From an uncultured Actinomycetota bacterium (GTDB lineage Bacteria; Actinomycetota; Actinomycetes; Mycobacteriales; Pseudonocardiaceae): DNA of 64,000 nucleotides. Positions 27,834 to 37,277 of the stretch are shown here, in pieces (position 1 is the stretch's first letter; every line of letters starts with the position of its first letter). The notes under the pieces were generated by a model. The model had not been told where the DNA came from, did no database searches, and saw only the letters and a program-made list of their open reading frames with translations. The stretch covers positions 741,464 through 805,463 of the forward strand of contig CAWGHE010000007.1 in NCBI GenBank assembly GCA_963822335.1, written 5' to 3'. Both the position numbers and the translations under genes were made by a program.

Positions 27834-28163
27834 ATGAAATCCACAGGCGAGAAGGTCAGGCTACTTCCGAAGGGCGCCGAGATCGTCGGTGACGTCAGAA
27901 AAGCTCCGGGGGAGAAGGACTTCGCCGAAGGCCCCAACGTACTTCTGACCTCGGGTGACGGCCGGACGATTACGGCACTCGTGAGGAACGGGAACCCCGT
28001 CGACTACATCGTCTCGGACAAGGCCGGGAACGTGCTGCCGTCCACGCGGCATTCCAGCGAGCCGGTCACCAACAAGGCCGTGAAGTGCTACATCTGCTAC
28101 ACGTCGGACTCCGGGACCACCAAATGCGTCCAGATCACCTGCCCCGGCCAGCACACGAGCTGA
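27834..28163 (+). CDS. Small hypothetical protein (109 aa) with a Cys-rich C-terminus
   Basis: RBS AGAGGAGAA plus ATG at 27834. MKSTGEKVRLLPKGAEIVGDVRK...KAVKCYICYTSDSGTTKCVQITCPGQHTS. Noticeably lower GC than the flanks. A hairpin follows. Confidence 0.55.
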   Translation: MKSTGEKVRLLPKGAEIVGDVRKAPGEKDFAEGPNVLLTSGDGRTITALVRNGNPVDYIVSDKAGNVLPSTRHSSEPVTNKAVKCYICYTSDSGTTKCVQITCPGQHTS

Positions 28164-28167
28164 CCTG

Positions 28168-28196
28168 CCACGACAAGTTCGGCCTCTCACCGTGTT
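28168..28196 (+). repeat. Left copy of a 29-nt direct repeat (26/29 identical to 35748-35776)
   Basis: CCACGACAAGTTCGGCCTCTCACCGTGTT here versus CCACGACAAGATCGACCCCTCACCGTGTT at 35748. Confidence 0.7.
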
Positions 28197-28213
28197 CGTA
28201 CTGGTGAGGGGCC
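28181..28213 (+). terminator. Hairpin (11-bp stem with one G-U pair) after the small Cys-rich ORF
   Basis: GGCCTCTCACC-GTGTTCGTACT-GGTGAGGGGCC; overlaps the left direct-repeat copy. Confidence 0.45.
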
Positions 28214-28321
28214 GTTCTGCTGCCGCGTTGATGGATGAAGGTTGCCCATCGTCTCGACACGGTGCGATCCCCCTTGGCAGACGGGTGCTCAGTGCCTGGC
28301 CGACCTGAGAGTCTTGCCGGC

Positions 28322-28864
28322 ATGAGCGACACGGATGCTGGCCTGGGCAAGGTCGTCGTGAACAGGGCGATGTCGCTGGACGGCTTCATCGCCGGCCCCG
28401 ACGACGCGATGGACTGGATCATCGAGCACTTGACGGAGCACGCGTTTCCTGAGGTCATGCAGGCCACCGGCGCCATGCTGGTCGGCCGGCGCACTTACGA
28501 GGTCGGCAAGCGGATGTCCGCCGAGGGCCCCGAGTACGACGGGGGGCCGGTGTTCGTCCTGACGCACCAGCCGCCGGACGAGCCGGAGCAAGGGGCCACG
28601 TTCCTCACCTGCGATCTCGAGGAGGCCGTCGCCACGGCGCGCGCCGCCGCGGGTGAGAAGAACCTGGAAATCCTCGGAGCCGACCTGGCCAGTCAGTGCC
28701 TGCAGCGAGGTCTTGTCGACGAGGTTCTGGTGTACGTCCTGCCAGTCCTCTTCGGCGACGGTGTGCGGTTCTCAACGTCGGGCCTCGGCAGAATCGAACT
28801 TGAACCGTTCAGCAACGAGCAGTCGGGTCCCGTGACGATGCTCCGCTTCCGCGTGCGGAAGTAG
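28322..28864 (+). CDS. Dihydrofolate-reductase-like (RibD C-terminal domain) family protein
   Basis: ATG at 28322 within ORF 28235..28864. KVVVNRAMSLDGFIAGPDD, MLVGRRTYE, PVFVLTHQ, EVLVYVLPVLFGDGVRF. Confidence 0.8.
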   Translation: MSDTDAGLGKVVVNRAMSLDGFIAGPDDAMDWIIEHLTEHAFPEVMQATGAMLVGRRTYEVGKRMSAEGPEYDGGPVFVLTHQPPDEPEQGATFLTCDLEEAVATARAAAGEKNLEILGADLASQCLQRGLVDEVLVYVLPVLFGDGVRFSTSGLGRIELEPFSNEQSGPVTMLRFRVRK

Positions 28865-28938
28865 GACGGTGCGCTGCGGTCGCCCACGTCCCCGGCCGGA
28901 CACAACAAGATCGGCTCCTCACGTTCTTCTGTCCGTGC

Positions 28939-29460
28939 TCAGGCGCCGGCTCGCCAGATGGCGCCCGCGACGTCGACTCGTCGGTCGGGGGGCATCGAGT
29001 CGACGTCGAGCACACCGTGCACCCGGGCGAGCTGGGCGACCAGGTGCTCGGGTGGACAGCCATGTACCTCCGCCTCGCGGAGCAGCGTGTCAGCCACCTC
29101 ACCGCCGAGACCGTGCACCCGGAACTGGCACAAGGCTCCACCGAGCACGCGTGCGCACGCGCCGAGGACGTCCACGTCGCCGGTCGGGACCCCGACGGTG
29201 ACGCGCGTGTCCAGGGCGTCGGGCCACGGGCGGACCGCAGTCGCAATCGGGATCTTGAGACGGGCCCACGCACGCAGAGCCTCCCGTCCGCGCAGAGGAG
29301 CGGGCAGCAGGTGGCCGCTCGACTCGGTCTCGGCCAGGGCCAGCAGCAGCCCGCTGATGCGCCCGAGAACCTGAGTCCACTCAGCGGTGGTGCCCGGCAC
29401 GGCGCGCAACGCCGGGCCCGTGCTCTGATCACGCCTGATCGGGCGTTCCGGTGCGCTCAC
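28939..29460 (-). CDS. Hypothetical protein, 173 aa
   Basis: ORF 28939..29460(-) with high GC3 in this frame; I recognise no motifs. Confidence 0.45.
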   Translation of the reverse strand: MSAPERPIRRDQSTGPALRAVPGTTAEWTQVLGRISGLLLALAETESSGHLLPAPLRGREALRAWARLKIPIATAVRPWPDALDTRVTVGVPTGDVDVLGACARVLGGALCQFRVHGLGGEVADTLLREAEVHGCPPEHLVAQLARVHGVLDVDSMPPDRRVDVAGAIWRAGA

Positions 29461-29658
29461 GGTGCTCTCCTCGGTATCGACGTCGCCATCGTCTGACCGT
29501 CCGGGTGCGACGTCATCGCAAATTTGGGGTAGCCGCTGCCCGACCCGGACGGTTCAGGCCTCCGGCCGGGTGGACCAGGCGTCGCCGCCCGTGGTCGGCG
29601 GTGCCGATGTCACATCCGTCCTGCGCGGGCAGCGCCACGATCTCGACCGGAGTACGTG

Positions 29659-30573
29659 CTACCCGGCCAGGCGCTTGGCCGGGTCGGGAGGGGCGGCGCC
29701 GGCGCCGACGAGGGCGTCGGACCACTCGCCCAGCTGCTTGGTGAGGCCGTCGAGGTCGGGGCCGATCGCGCCGACGACAGTCTCCTGCATGGCGTCGGTG
29801 GTGGCCTCCAGCTCTCCGCGGAACCGCAGTCCCTCCGCGCTCAGGGTGTCGCCCACGACGAGCCCGCGGTCGCGCAGCGCGCTGACGGCGTCGTCCATCC
29901 GCTCGGCCGACCAGCCGCGCGACGGCGTGTAGGTGAGCAGGTCGTAGCCGCACCACAGCTCGGTGAGCACGTTGCTCTGCACCGGGTCGAGACCGGCGGT
30001 GGCGCATGCGGCCAGATGGGAGTCGCCGCGGTGTTCACGCAGCGTGTTGCAGGCGTGCACGAGCGCGGCGAGCGGGTCCCGCGGCCACGGGTCGGCGCGC
30101 AGGCCGGTGAACAGCGGCCGGGCCGTCGACTCTGCTGCCTCGATCCCCCGGCGGAGCTGGGCCACCGCGCGGGTGGCCTCGCCGTCGATCCCGCCGAGTT
30201 CGCGCCGGACGGTTCGGCCGGGCGCGTCCAGCCGGATCCGGACGACGTCGTCGCGGGACAGCGCGGCGACGCCCTTCTCGTAGACCGGGGCGATCAGGTC
30301 CGGGGCGAACACGCCGAGAGCCGTGACGGCCAGCGGCGTCGGCGGGGCGCCGAGGGCGGCGGTGCGCTGCCAGATGTAGGCGGCGAAGTAGTCGTCGAGC
30401 CCGAGGGCGGCGTAGTCCTCGGCCGCCTCGGGCGACCAGATGGCCTGGCATGCCAGCGGCTCGATCGCATCGCGCAGCGCCCGGGCGGCTGTGCGGTGCG
30501 TGGCGGCGGGTGAGGGCGGGCGGGGTGCGGTGGGCGGGGCGAAGAACAGCCCGCGCATGGCCTGGTAGTCCAT
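29659..30573 (-). CDS. Hypothetical protein, 304 aa (conserved-looking actinobacterial protein of unknown function)
   Basis: ATG (complement 30571-30573) inside the artefactual 1350-aa ORF 29659..33711(-). MDYQAMRGLFFAPP...AIWSPEAAEDYAALGLDDYFAAYIWQRTAALG...LREHRGDSHLAA... Confidence 0.55.
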   Translation of the reverse strand: MDYQAMRGLFFAPPTAPRPPSPAATHRTAARALRDAIEPLACQAIWSPEAAEDYAALGLDDYFAAYIWQRTAALGAPPTPLAVTALGVFAPDLIAPVYEKGVAALSRDDVVRIRLDAPGRTVRRELGGIDGEATRAVAQLRRGIEAAESTARPLFTGLRADPWPRDPLAALVHACNTLREHRGDSHLAACATAGLDPVQSNVLTELWCGYDLLTYTPSRGWSAERMDDAVSALRDRGLVVGDTLSAEGLRFRGELEATTDAMQETVVGAIGPDLDGLTKQLGEWSDALVGAGAAPPDPAKRLAG

Positions 30574-30732
30574 GGTGCTCCGATCGGTCGAGGCGTCGCG
30601 TAGAGGGTCGCCGGGAGGGGTTGCGCGCCGGTTGCGCCTGTCGCCCGCCGGGCGGCAGAGAGCCGTCTCGACGGTGACCCCGATGTGGTGGAGGATCACG
30701 CCCGCGGGTCCGGCGGCGGAGGGAGCGACCCG

Positions 30733-33723
30733 GTGCAGGACGTCGAGGTCCGGGTGCTCGGTCCTGTGGAGGTGCGGGTCGGCGGGCGCGCAGTGCCGAT
30801 CGGCAGCCGCAAGCAGCGCGTCGTACTGGCGGCACTGGCCGTCGAGGACAACCGGCTGGTCAGCACGGACGCCCTGACGGAGCTGCTGTGGGGCGACCGC
30901 AGCGTGCCACCGAGCGTGCGGGTGACGCTGCGGAGCCTGGTCTCCCGCCTGCGTCGCGCGCTCGGACCTGCCGGGGGCTGCATCGGCGCCCGCGATGGTG
31001 GGTACGTACTGAGGGTCGACCAAGCGGCGGTCGACACCGTCCGGTTCGAGCGCGGGCTGGCGCGGGGCCGCGACCAGCTCGCCGCCGGTCACGCCGCCGA
31101 TGCGGTCGGCACGCTGCGCGACGCTCTGGCCCTGTGGCGGGGGCCCGCCCACGCCGAGCTCGACGGGCACGAGTTCGCCCGCCCGGCTGCGCACCGGCTG
31201 GAGCAGGCGCGTCTCGCGGCCGTGGAAGACCTCGTCGACGCCGAGCTCCGCGCCGGCCTGACCGCGGACGCCCTCGACCGCGCCGAGGGACAGGTGGCCG
31301 CGCACCCGCTTCGTGAACGGGCCTGGGGCCAGCTGATGCTGGCGCGCTACCGCTCCGGCCGTCAGGCCGACGCGCTCGCCGCCTACCGGACGGTGCACGC
31401 CCTCCTGCGCGACGAGCTCGGCGTGGCACCGACCCCGACGCTGGTGGAGCTGGAGGCACGGATCCTGCGGCAGGACCCGCTGCTGTTCGACGACGGCGGT
31501 GCGGTGCACGCCCCCGGCCGCGCGGGCCCCGACCTGCCCACGGCGGCGACCCCGCTCGTCGGCCGGTCGGCCGAGCTCGGGGAGCTGGCCGGGGTGCTGG
31601 CAGAGTCCCGGCTGCTCACGCTGACCGGCACGGGTGGGGTGGGCAAGACCCGGCTGGCGCTGCGGCTCGCCACCGACGTCACGCCCGTTCACGACGGCGG
31701 CGTCCGGCTCGTCGAGCTTGCCCCGCTCGACCGGGACGCGGGTGACGGGGCCGTACTGGTCGAGGTGGCGTCGGCGTTCGGCGTCGCGACGGCGGGTGCC
31801 GGCGCGCCCGCCGAGATCGTGCAGCGCATCGCGGACCACGTCGGCGACCGGCGGGTGCTCCTGGTGGTCGACAACTGCGAGCACGTCGTCGACGCCGTCG
31901 CGCGCACCCTCGACGCGCTCCGGCGGCGCTGCTCCCGCCTCACGGTCCTCGCCACCAGCCGCGAGCCACTCGGCGTGGCCGGGGAGGTGGCCAGGGCCGT
32001 GGCGCCGCTCTCCCTGCCTCCGCCGGAGGCGGGGGAGGTCGCCGACCTGGCGGGCTCCGACGCCGTCGCGCTGTTCCGGCAGCGGGCCCGCGCGGTGTGC
32101 GCCGACTTCGAGCTGGACGCCGACAACGCCGCCGCGGTCGCCCGGATCTGCCGCCGCCTGGACGGCATCCCGCTCGCCCTGGAGCTCGCTGCGGCACGGA
32201 TGCGGGTGCTCGCAGCCGAGCAGATCGCCGCCCGGCTCGACGACCGGTTCGCCCTGCTCACCGCGGGGGAGCGGACCGCGTCGCCACGGCAGCGGACGCT
32301 CCGGGCCGCGATGGAGTGGAGCCACCGGCTGCTCACCGCCGACGAGCAGGTCGTGCTGCGCAGGCTGGCGGCCTTCGCCACGTCGTTCGACCTGGACGCC
32401 GCCGAGGCGGTCGCCGGCGACGGCGGGGAGCCGGGACGGGTCGCGGACCTGGTCTTCCGGCTGGTGGACAAGTCGGTGGTGGCCACCCGGCGCCGCCGCG
32501 GCGCGGTCCGCTTCGCGCTGCTGGAGACCGTGCGCAGCTACGCGTCCGAGCGACTGGCCGACGCCGGGGAGACCGCGGTGGTCCGCGCCCGGCACCGCGC
32601 GCACTACGTCGGGCTGGCCCGCGAGCAGCGCCGCGTGTGGGGAGCGGGCTGGGACTCCGCGCTCTGGCACCGCCGGGTCGCGGCCGAGGAGGAGAACTTC
32701 CGCGCCGCCGTCTCCTCGGCTCTGGCCGACGACGACCACGACGGTGCCCTGCTGCTGCTCAGCGGGCTCTGGGTCCACTGGGCGTGGGCCGCGGGACGCG
32801 CCGAGGCAGTGGGCTGGCTCCGCCGGGTCGTGGACGGCCCGGGTACGGACATCGTCGCGCGGTCCGAGTGCGCGATCGGGCTCGCGGTGCTGCTGCGGTG
32901 GTGGGAGGTCGGCGATCCGGAGCAGTCGGTGAGCCTGTTCGCGAGAGCCGCGGAGCTGGCCGAGGAGGCCGACGACGACGCCTGCCGCTTCTGGGCCCGT
33001 TACTTCCGCGCGGAGTTCCGCATGCTGACGGGCGACCGCGACGGCGCCCGCGCCGACTACCTCGACGCTCTGCGCTGGGCCGTCCCGCGCAGCAGCGCCG
33101 GGTGGTGCAGCTACAGCTTCGGGTGGATCGCGATGGGGTCCGGCGACGCCACCGCGGCCCGTGCCGAGTTCGCCCGGGCCGTCGACCTCTCCGGGCCCGA
33201 CGACCTCGTGCGTCCGCACGCCCTCGCTGCGCTGGCCCCGCTGCTGGCGGGGCACGACCGTGCGGGGGCGTCGGCGGCGGCGGCCGGGGCCCTCGCGTCC
33301 GCCCGTCAGTTCCCGCTGCCCGGTGTGCACGTGATGGCCCTCGTGCGGGCCGCGCAGGCATACGTCCTCTGCGAGCAGGACGACGCCGCGCGCGACATCG
33401 TTGCCGAGCTGTTCGAGCTCCAGCACCGCCTCGGCAACCTGCAGTTCCGGGCCGAGTCCTTCGAGGTGGTCGCCGTGCTGGCCGCCCGGTCCGGCAACGA
33501 CCGGGCGGCGGCCCGGCTCCTCGGTGCGGGCGGCACGGTCCGGGCCACCCGCACCGAGGACGACGCCGGCGTGCGGGTGCTCGGCGACGTCGTCGAAGCC
33601 ACCCGCCGCCGGGTACTCGCCGCGCTCGGCGCCGAGGCCTACGGCCGGGAGGCCGGGGCGGGAGCCGCGGTACCCGTGCCGGAGCTGGTCGCGGAGATGC
33701 GGAAAGCACACCCGTGGTGCTGA
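30733..33723 (+). CDS. SARP/AfsR-family large transcriptional regulator (OmpR-type wHTH + BTAD + NB-ARC ATPase + TPR-like C-terminus)
   Basis: GTG at 30733 after GGAGGGAG (the ORF opens at 30685). VRVLGPVEVRVGGRAVPIG, RERAWGQLMLARYRSGRQADALAAYR (BTAD), Walker A LTGTGGVGKTRLAL, LLVVDNCEHV. Confidence 0.88.
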   Translation: MQDVEVRVLGPVEVRVGGRAVPIGSRKQRVVLAALAVEDNRLVSTDALTELLWGDRSVPPSVRVTLRSLVSRLRRALGPAGGCIGARDGGYVLRVDQAAVDTVRFERGLARGRDQLAAGHAADAVGTLRDALALWRGPAHAELDGHEFARPAAHRLEQARLAAVEDLVDAELRAGLTADALDRAEGQVAAHPLRERAWGQLMLARYRSGRQADALAAYRTVHALLRDELGVAPTPTLVELEARILRQDPLLFDDGGAVHAPGRAGPDLPTAATPLVGRSAELGELAGVLAESRLLTLTGTGGVGKTRLALRLATDVTPVHDGGVRLVELAPLDRDAGDGAVLVEVASAFGVATAGAGAPAEIVQRIADHVGDRRVLLVVDNCEHVVDAVARTLDALRRRCSRLTVLATSREPLGVAGEVARAVAPLSLPPPEAGEVADLAGSDAVALFRQRARAVCADFELDADNAAAVARICRRLDGIPLALELAAARMRVLAAEQIAARLDDRFALLTAGERTASPRQRTLRAAMEWSHRLLTADEQVVLRRLAAFATSFDLDAAEAVAGDGGEPGRVADLVFRLVDKSVVATRRRRGAVRFALLETVRSYASERLADAGETAVVRARHRAHYVGLAREQRRVWGAGWDSALWHRRVAAEEENFRAAVSSALADDDHDGALLLLSGLWVHWAWAAGRAEAVGWLRRVVDGPGTDIVARSECAIGLAVLLRWWEVGDPEQSVSLFARAAELAEEADDDACRFWARYFRAEFRMLTGDRDGARADYLDALRWAVPRSSAGWCSYSFGWIAMGSGDATAARAEFARAVDLSGPDDLVRPHALAALAPLLAGHDRAGASAAAAGALASARQFPLPGVHVMALVRAAQAYVLCEQDDAARDIVAELFELQHRLGNLQFRAESFEVVAVLAARSGNDRAAARLLGAGGTVRATRTEDDAGVRVLGDVVEATRRRVLAALGAEAYGREAGAGAAVPVPELVAEMRKAHPWC

Positions 33724-33729
33724 CCCGCC

Positions 33730-34197
33730 TCAGGAGTGCGCGACGCGGAACACCCGGTAGTCGATCCGCGGGCCCGGCAGGATCCGTGCCTCGGCGACGA
33801 ACACCGTCCGGTTGACCCACGCGTACCGGTCGTCACCGGTCTCGAGGCGCGGAGTGGTGACGAAGTACTGCTCGCCGAAGTCGGTCGGGATGTCGCCGCC
33901 CGCGAGGACGGCCAGTACCGCCGGCGTCAGCTCGAGGAGCCCGTGCAGCTGGATGTAGATGCACGCGCCGTCGACGGTGAGCACGGTGTTGCGGGCGTCG
34001 AGCCGCCCGTAGCCGTCCTGGCCGATCAGCAGCCAGTCACCGCCCGCGGACGGGGCGAGCGTGCCCTTGAGACGGTCGCCGACGACCTCTCCTCCGGACC
34101 CGGTGGCGATCATCCGGTGGCCGTACGGGCCGGTCCCGACGTCGGCGACCCCGCCGACGTCCACGTAGTAGTCGAGTTCCTTGATCAGCTCAGGCAC
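33730..34197 (-). CDS. DUF3237-family protein, 155 aa
   Basis: ORF 33730..34197(-). GPYGHRMIATGSGGEVVGDRLKGTLAPSAGGDWLLIGQDGYGRLDARNTVLTVDGACIYIQ matches the DUF3237 pattern. Confidence 0.7.
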   Translation of the reverse strand: MPELIKELDYYVDVGGVADVGTGPYGHRMIATGSGGEVVGDRLKGTLAPSAGGDWLLIGQDGYGRLDARNTVLTVDGACIYIQLHGLLELTPAVLAVLAGGDIPTDFGEQYFVTTPRLETGDDRYAWVNRTVFVAEARILPGPRIDYRVFRVAHS

Positions 34198-34460
34198 GGT
34201 GCACCTCTCGGGGAATGCGGGGTAACGCGAACACCGGAAGGGTCACCGCAGGCGGATGCGCGCCGGTTGCGCGATGGCCGACGAGCGGCCCGAGGGACCG
34301 TGGACAGACCTTCCTGCAGTGTCTGAGGAACGGACTCCAGCTCCTCAGAAGATCAAAGTCTTCGGACAGGCTGGGGCGTCGATTCCGCTCACCGTGCCAC
34401 GTCGCACGATCAGCTGTCGCACGTCGGCTGAGTCACCAGTGGCCGAGACCTCTACAGCCG

Positions 34461-35420
34461 TCACAAGATCGCGATCGGGTTGACCGGTGAGCCGGTGGCC
34501 ACGGCCAGCCGGAGCGGCGCAATCACGCACAGGAATGACCATTGCTCGAACTCGGCACAGAGCGGGGCCAGGACCGCGAAGTCGAGATAATCGATGAGGT
34601 GCACGCCCAGCGCGGCGATCGCGAGCACGTGCACGGGAAAGTCGACGCCCGGCACCACGCTGGGCGCGGTGTCGTTGTTCCCGTCGCTGCCCAGCAGGGC
34701 GATCTTCCGGTCGGCCAGGTACTCCATGACCGACGGATGCACGCCCGCCCGGGAGTCAGCCGCATCCCAGGGGCCCAACTGGGAGCGCCGAAGGCTGTGC
34801 CCGACCCGGACGAAGACCAGGTCGCCCTGGCCGACCTCGACCTGCTGGTCCCGTTCGGCGGCGATCAGGTCATCCGCGCTCACGTGATCTCCCGGCTCGA
34901 CCCAGGCGACGCCACGCGCCCGGGGCACGTCCAGCAGCACCCCCCGGCCGGCGATGCCGTCCGCGGCCGCGGCGATCGAGAGCTCGGCCGCTCCGGTGTC
35001 GCTGACGATGTCGGCCGGCCGGTTGTTGTAGAGCCTGCCGTCATAGATGACATGGCTGAGGGCGTCGATGTGCGTGTCGGCATTGCCATGGATGTCCATG
35101 CCGATCCGGTCCATCGCGAACGAGAGCCCACCGGCCGGCGCGCTGTCACCGGTCTTCGTCATCGTGTGCCGGGCCGGGTCGGGGTTGTCGGCTGTCACGC
35201 GGTACTCGATGGGGCCGCCCAGGGACACCGATCGCCCCAGCTTCACCTCGCCGGCCGCGGCGAGCATGGTCGCGGGCGCAAGATAGTTCAGCGCACCACG
35301 CCGGTCGGCCGGCCCCCAGGGCGGCAGGGCGCGTAGCCGGTCATACAGCCGCTGGAATTCAGCCTGGGACATCCCCCCTGGCGGTGCGGCGTCCGGGCCG
35401 GTGTTCTGGCTGCCCGTCAT
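34461..35420 (-). CDS. Cyclase-family protein (kynurenine-formamidase-like fold)
   Basis: ATG (complement 35418-35420) after GGAGG, within ORF 34461..35486(-). DIHGNADTHIDALSHV (HxxxHxDxxxH-type metal motif), GRGVLLDV, GDLVFVRVG, LLGSDGNND. Confidence 0.75.
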   Translation of the reverse strand: MTGSQNTGPDAAPPGGMSQAEFQRLYDRLRALPPWGPADRRGALNYLAPATMLAAAGEVKLGRSVSLGGPIEYRVTADNPDPARHTMTKTGDSAPAGGLSFAMDRIGMDIHGNADTHIDALSHVIYDGRLYNNRPADIVSDTGAAELSIAAAADGIAGRGVLLDVPRARGVAWVEPGDHVSADDLIAAERDQQVEVGQGDLVFVRVGHSLRRSQLGPWDAADSRAGVHPSVMEYLADRKIALLGSDGNNDTAPSVVPGVDFPVHVLAIAALGVHLIDYLDFAVLAPLCAEFEQWSFLCVIAPLRLAVATGSPVNPIAIL

Positions 35421-35530
35421 CTCATCGGCCTCCGGGTGGTTCAGTGCCCCGGCGGAACAATGCTCGGCCAAGCCGATTTTCGCCACCGGCGTGCGGGTCG
35501 ACGGCTGGCGAGCCCGTCAAGGAAACGTAG

Positions 35531-35785
35531 GGCTCGACGGCGGCGTCCCGCCTACCCGGGGTCGCCGAGTGGGCCGGGCACTCCGTCGAGGTGTTGCTCA
35601 AGGAGTACGCCACGACGATCGACGGCCAGGACGTGATGGTGCGCCGCCACGTTGAGGAATCCTTCGGGCATCGGCCTGACGGGACGCCGTGGGGACACGA
35701 TGGGGACAGACGCCCGCTCACGCCCGGTCAGGGCCGGACGCAGCGGTCCACGACAAGATCGACCCCTCACCGTGTTGTCACTTAG
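35531..35785 (+). pseudogene. Tyrosine recombinase (phage-type integrase) C-terminal remnant
   Basis: This frame reads ...PGVAEWAGHSVEVLLKEYATTIDGQDVMVRRHVEESF..., the integrase C-terminus with the catalytic-Tyr motif (LLKxYA). An adjacent frame reads GLDGGVPPT just upstream, which implies a frameshift near 35555-35560. The N-terminal ~75% is absent. Confidence 0.7.
35748..35776 (+). repeat. Right copy of the 29-nt direct repeat
   Basis: CCACGACAAGATCGACCCCTCACCGTGTT, 26/29 identical to 28168-28196. It lies at the 3' end of the integrase remnant. Confidence 0.7.
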
Positions 35786-35796
35786 TCACGCTCACT

Positions 35797-36627
35797 CTAG
35801 GAGCTCATCGGCGCCATCTCGGTCATCGGCTCCGCACCGGGGATGGTGAGAGCCGGGATCGCGTCCGGGGCGGCGAGGAGCAGCACACCGAGCGTGAGCA
35901 GCACGACTGCCGTTCCATAGACGGCCACCCGGCGCCACGGGAGGGTCTTCTCGACGGCGATCAGTCCGGCGACCACGGCCATCCAGATGAGGCTCATGAC
36001 CCCCAACGCGAAGAACGACGCCATCAGCGCCCAGCAACAGCCGACGCACCACATGCCGTGCTTGGCGCCCATCCGCAGCGCACCCCAGCGGCCGTCCCGC
36101 CAGGCGCCGAGCAGGAAGCCGAGTGGGCTGGTGCATTTGTCGAGGCAGACGTCCTTGAGCGGGGTCAGCTCGTAGACGGCCGCGACGATGAGCGTGGCTC
36201 CGGCGACCCACCTGCCCGCGCGGTCCCATGCGAACACGTCGCCCGGCATCCGGTCGAGTGCTGCCGCGAGCGTGAAGGCACCCAGACCCGCGACGGTCCA
36301 CGTGACCAGGTAGCCCGCGGCGAACAGCAGCGGTGACAGGGGAGACCGCGTCCTGGTCATGCGGGAGTACAACGCGACCGTCGGGGCGACCGACGGGAAC
36401 ATCATCGCCGCCATCATCACGAGCCAGACTGCGAGGAACCAACCCAGCCCGCCCAGCCCGGACCACGGCCCCTCGTCCATGCCGCGCATCTGGTGGGCCG
36501 TCCACCACCAGCCGACGCCGGCGAGGACGAACAGCACGGCGACCAGCCCGAGACGGACGCGGACGGCGGCGTACGCCGGCGCCAGACCGTCGGCTCGGCC
36601 GGGGTGTCCCCTCGCCGGAGCGCTCAT
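35797..36627 (-). CDS. DUF2182-family predicted metal-binding integral membrane protein
   Basis: ORF 35797..36627(-). Multiple TM segments, MMAAMMFPS, CLDKCTSPLGF, HGMWCVGCCWALM. Sits downstream of its usual DUF1326 partner. Confidence 0.75.
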   Translation of the reverse strand: MSAPARGHPGRADGLAPAYAAVRVRLGLVAVLFVLAGVGWWWTAHQMRGMDEGPWSGLGGLGWFLAVWLVMMAAMMFPSVAPTVALYSRMTRTRSPLSPLLFAAGYLVTWTVAGLGAFTLAAALDRMPGDVFAWDRAGRWVAGATLIVAAVYELTPLKDVCLDKCTSPLGFLLGAWRDGRWGALRMGAKHGMWCVGCCWALMASFFALGVMSLIWMAVVAGLIAVEKTLPWRRVAVYGTAVVLLTLGVLLLAAPDAIPALTIPGAEPMTEMAPMSS

Positions 36628-36632
36628 CGGGG

Positions 36633-37235
36633 TCAGGCGGCCCAGGTGAAATCGGAGGCGGACAGACCGGTCTTGCCCTCGTACTCGATGCCGAAGGCGT
36701 TGATCCGCGAGTGCCGCGCCTCGGCCATCGTCAAGTTCGACCCGACCGGGTGGAACATGCCGTCGAACCGAACCGGCCTGCCGTTCTCGACCCCGAACGG
36801 CACGATGTCCACGATCTCGAACTCGATCGCGTCGCCGACGCGGACGCTGTGCAGCAGCCCGTCGTCGGTCACCTCGATCGCCGCTCGCTCGACCCCGACG
36901 ATCTCGCCCACGAGGGGAGCGAGCGCGGCCATCGGGCCCCCGAGCTGTCCGCCGAAGACCTGGACCAGCTTGTCGAACTGTTCGTCCGTGGCCTGGTCGT
37001 CGACGAACATCCCGATTCGCCAGTTGCCGTCGGTCATAACCTTCGGAGTATCGATGATCGTGACCACCTTGCGGCCCCGGACGTCCGTGCCGTCGATCTC
37101 ACCCTCACGGAGGCTGAAGGCCAGCGTCGCACGACAGAAGTCGTAGGTGGCGCCGTGATCGAACGAGAGATTGCACGGGCACATGAGCTCGCACGAGCAA
37201 GTCTCGGCGTAACTGCCCTTGAGGTTCCACGACAT
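36633..37235 (-). CDS. DUF1326-family protein
   Basis: ATG (complement 37233-37235) after GGAGGGGG, within ORF 36633..37262(-). MSWNLKGSYAETCSCELMCPCNLSF is the hallmark Cys-rich N-terminus. Confidence 0.75.
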   Translation of the reverse strand: MSWNLKGSYAETCSCELMCPCNLSFDHGATYDFCRATLAFSLREGEIDGTDVRGRKVVTIIDTPKVMTDGNWRIGMFVDDQATDEQFDKLVQVFGGQLGGPMAALAPLVGEIVGVERAAIEVTDDGLLHSVRVGDAIEFEIVDIVPFGVENGRPVRFDGMFHPVGSNLTMAEARHSRINAFGIEYEGKTGLSASDFTWAA

Positions 37236-37277
37236 CGCTGGCCCCCTCCGTAGGGACGGCAAGTGTCCATCCGGGGG

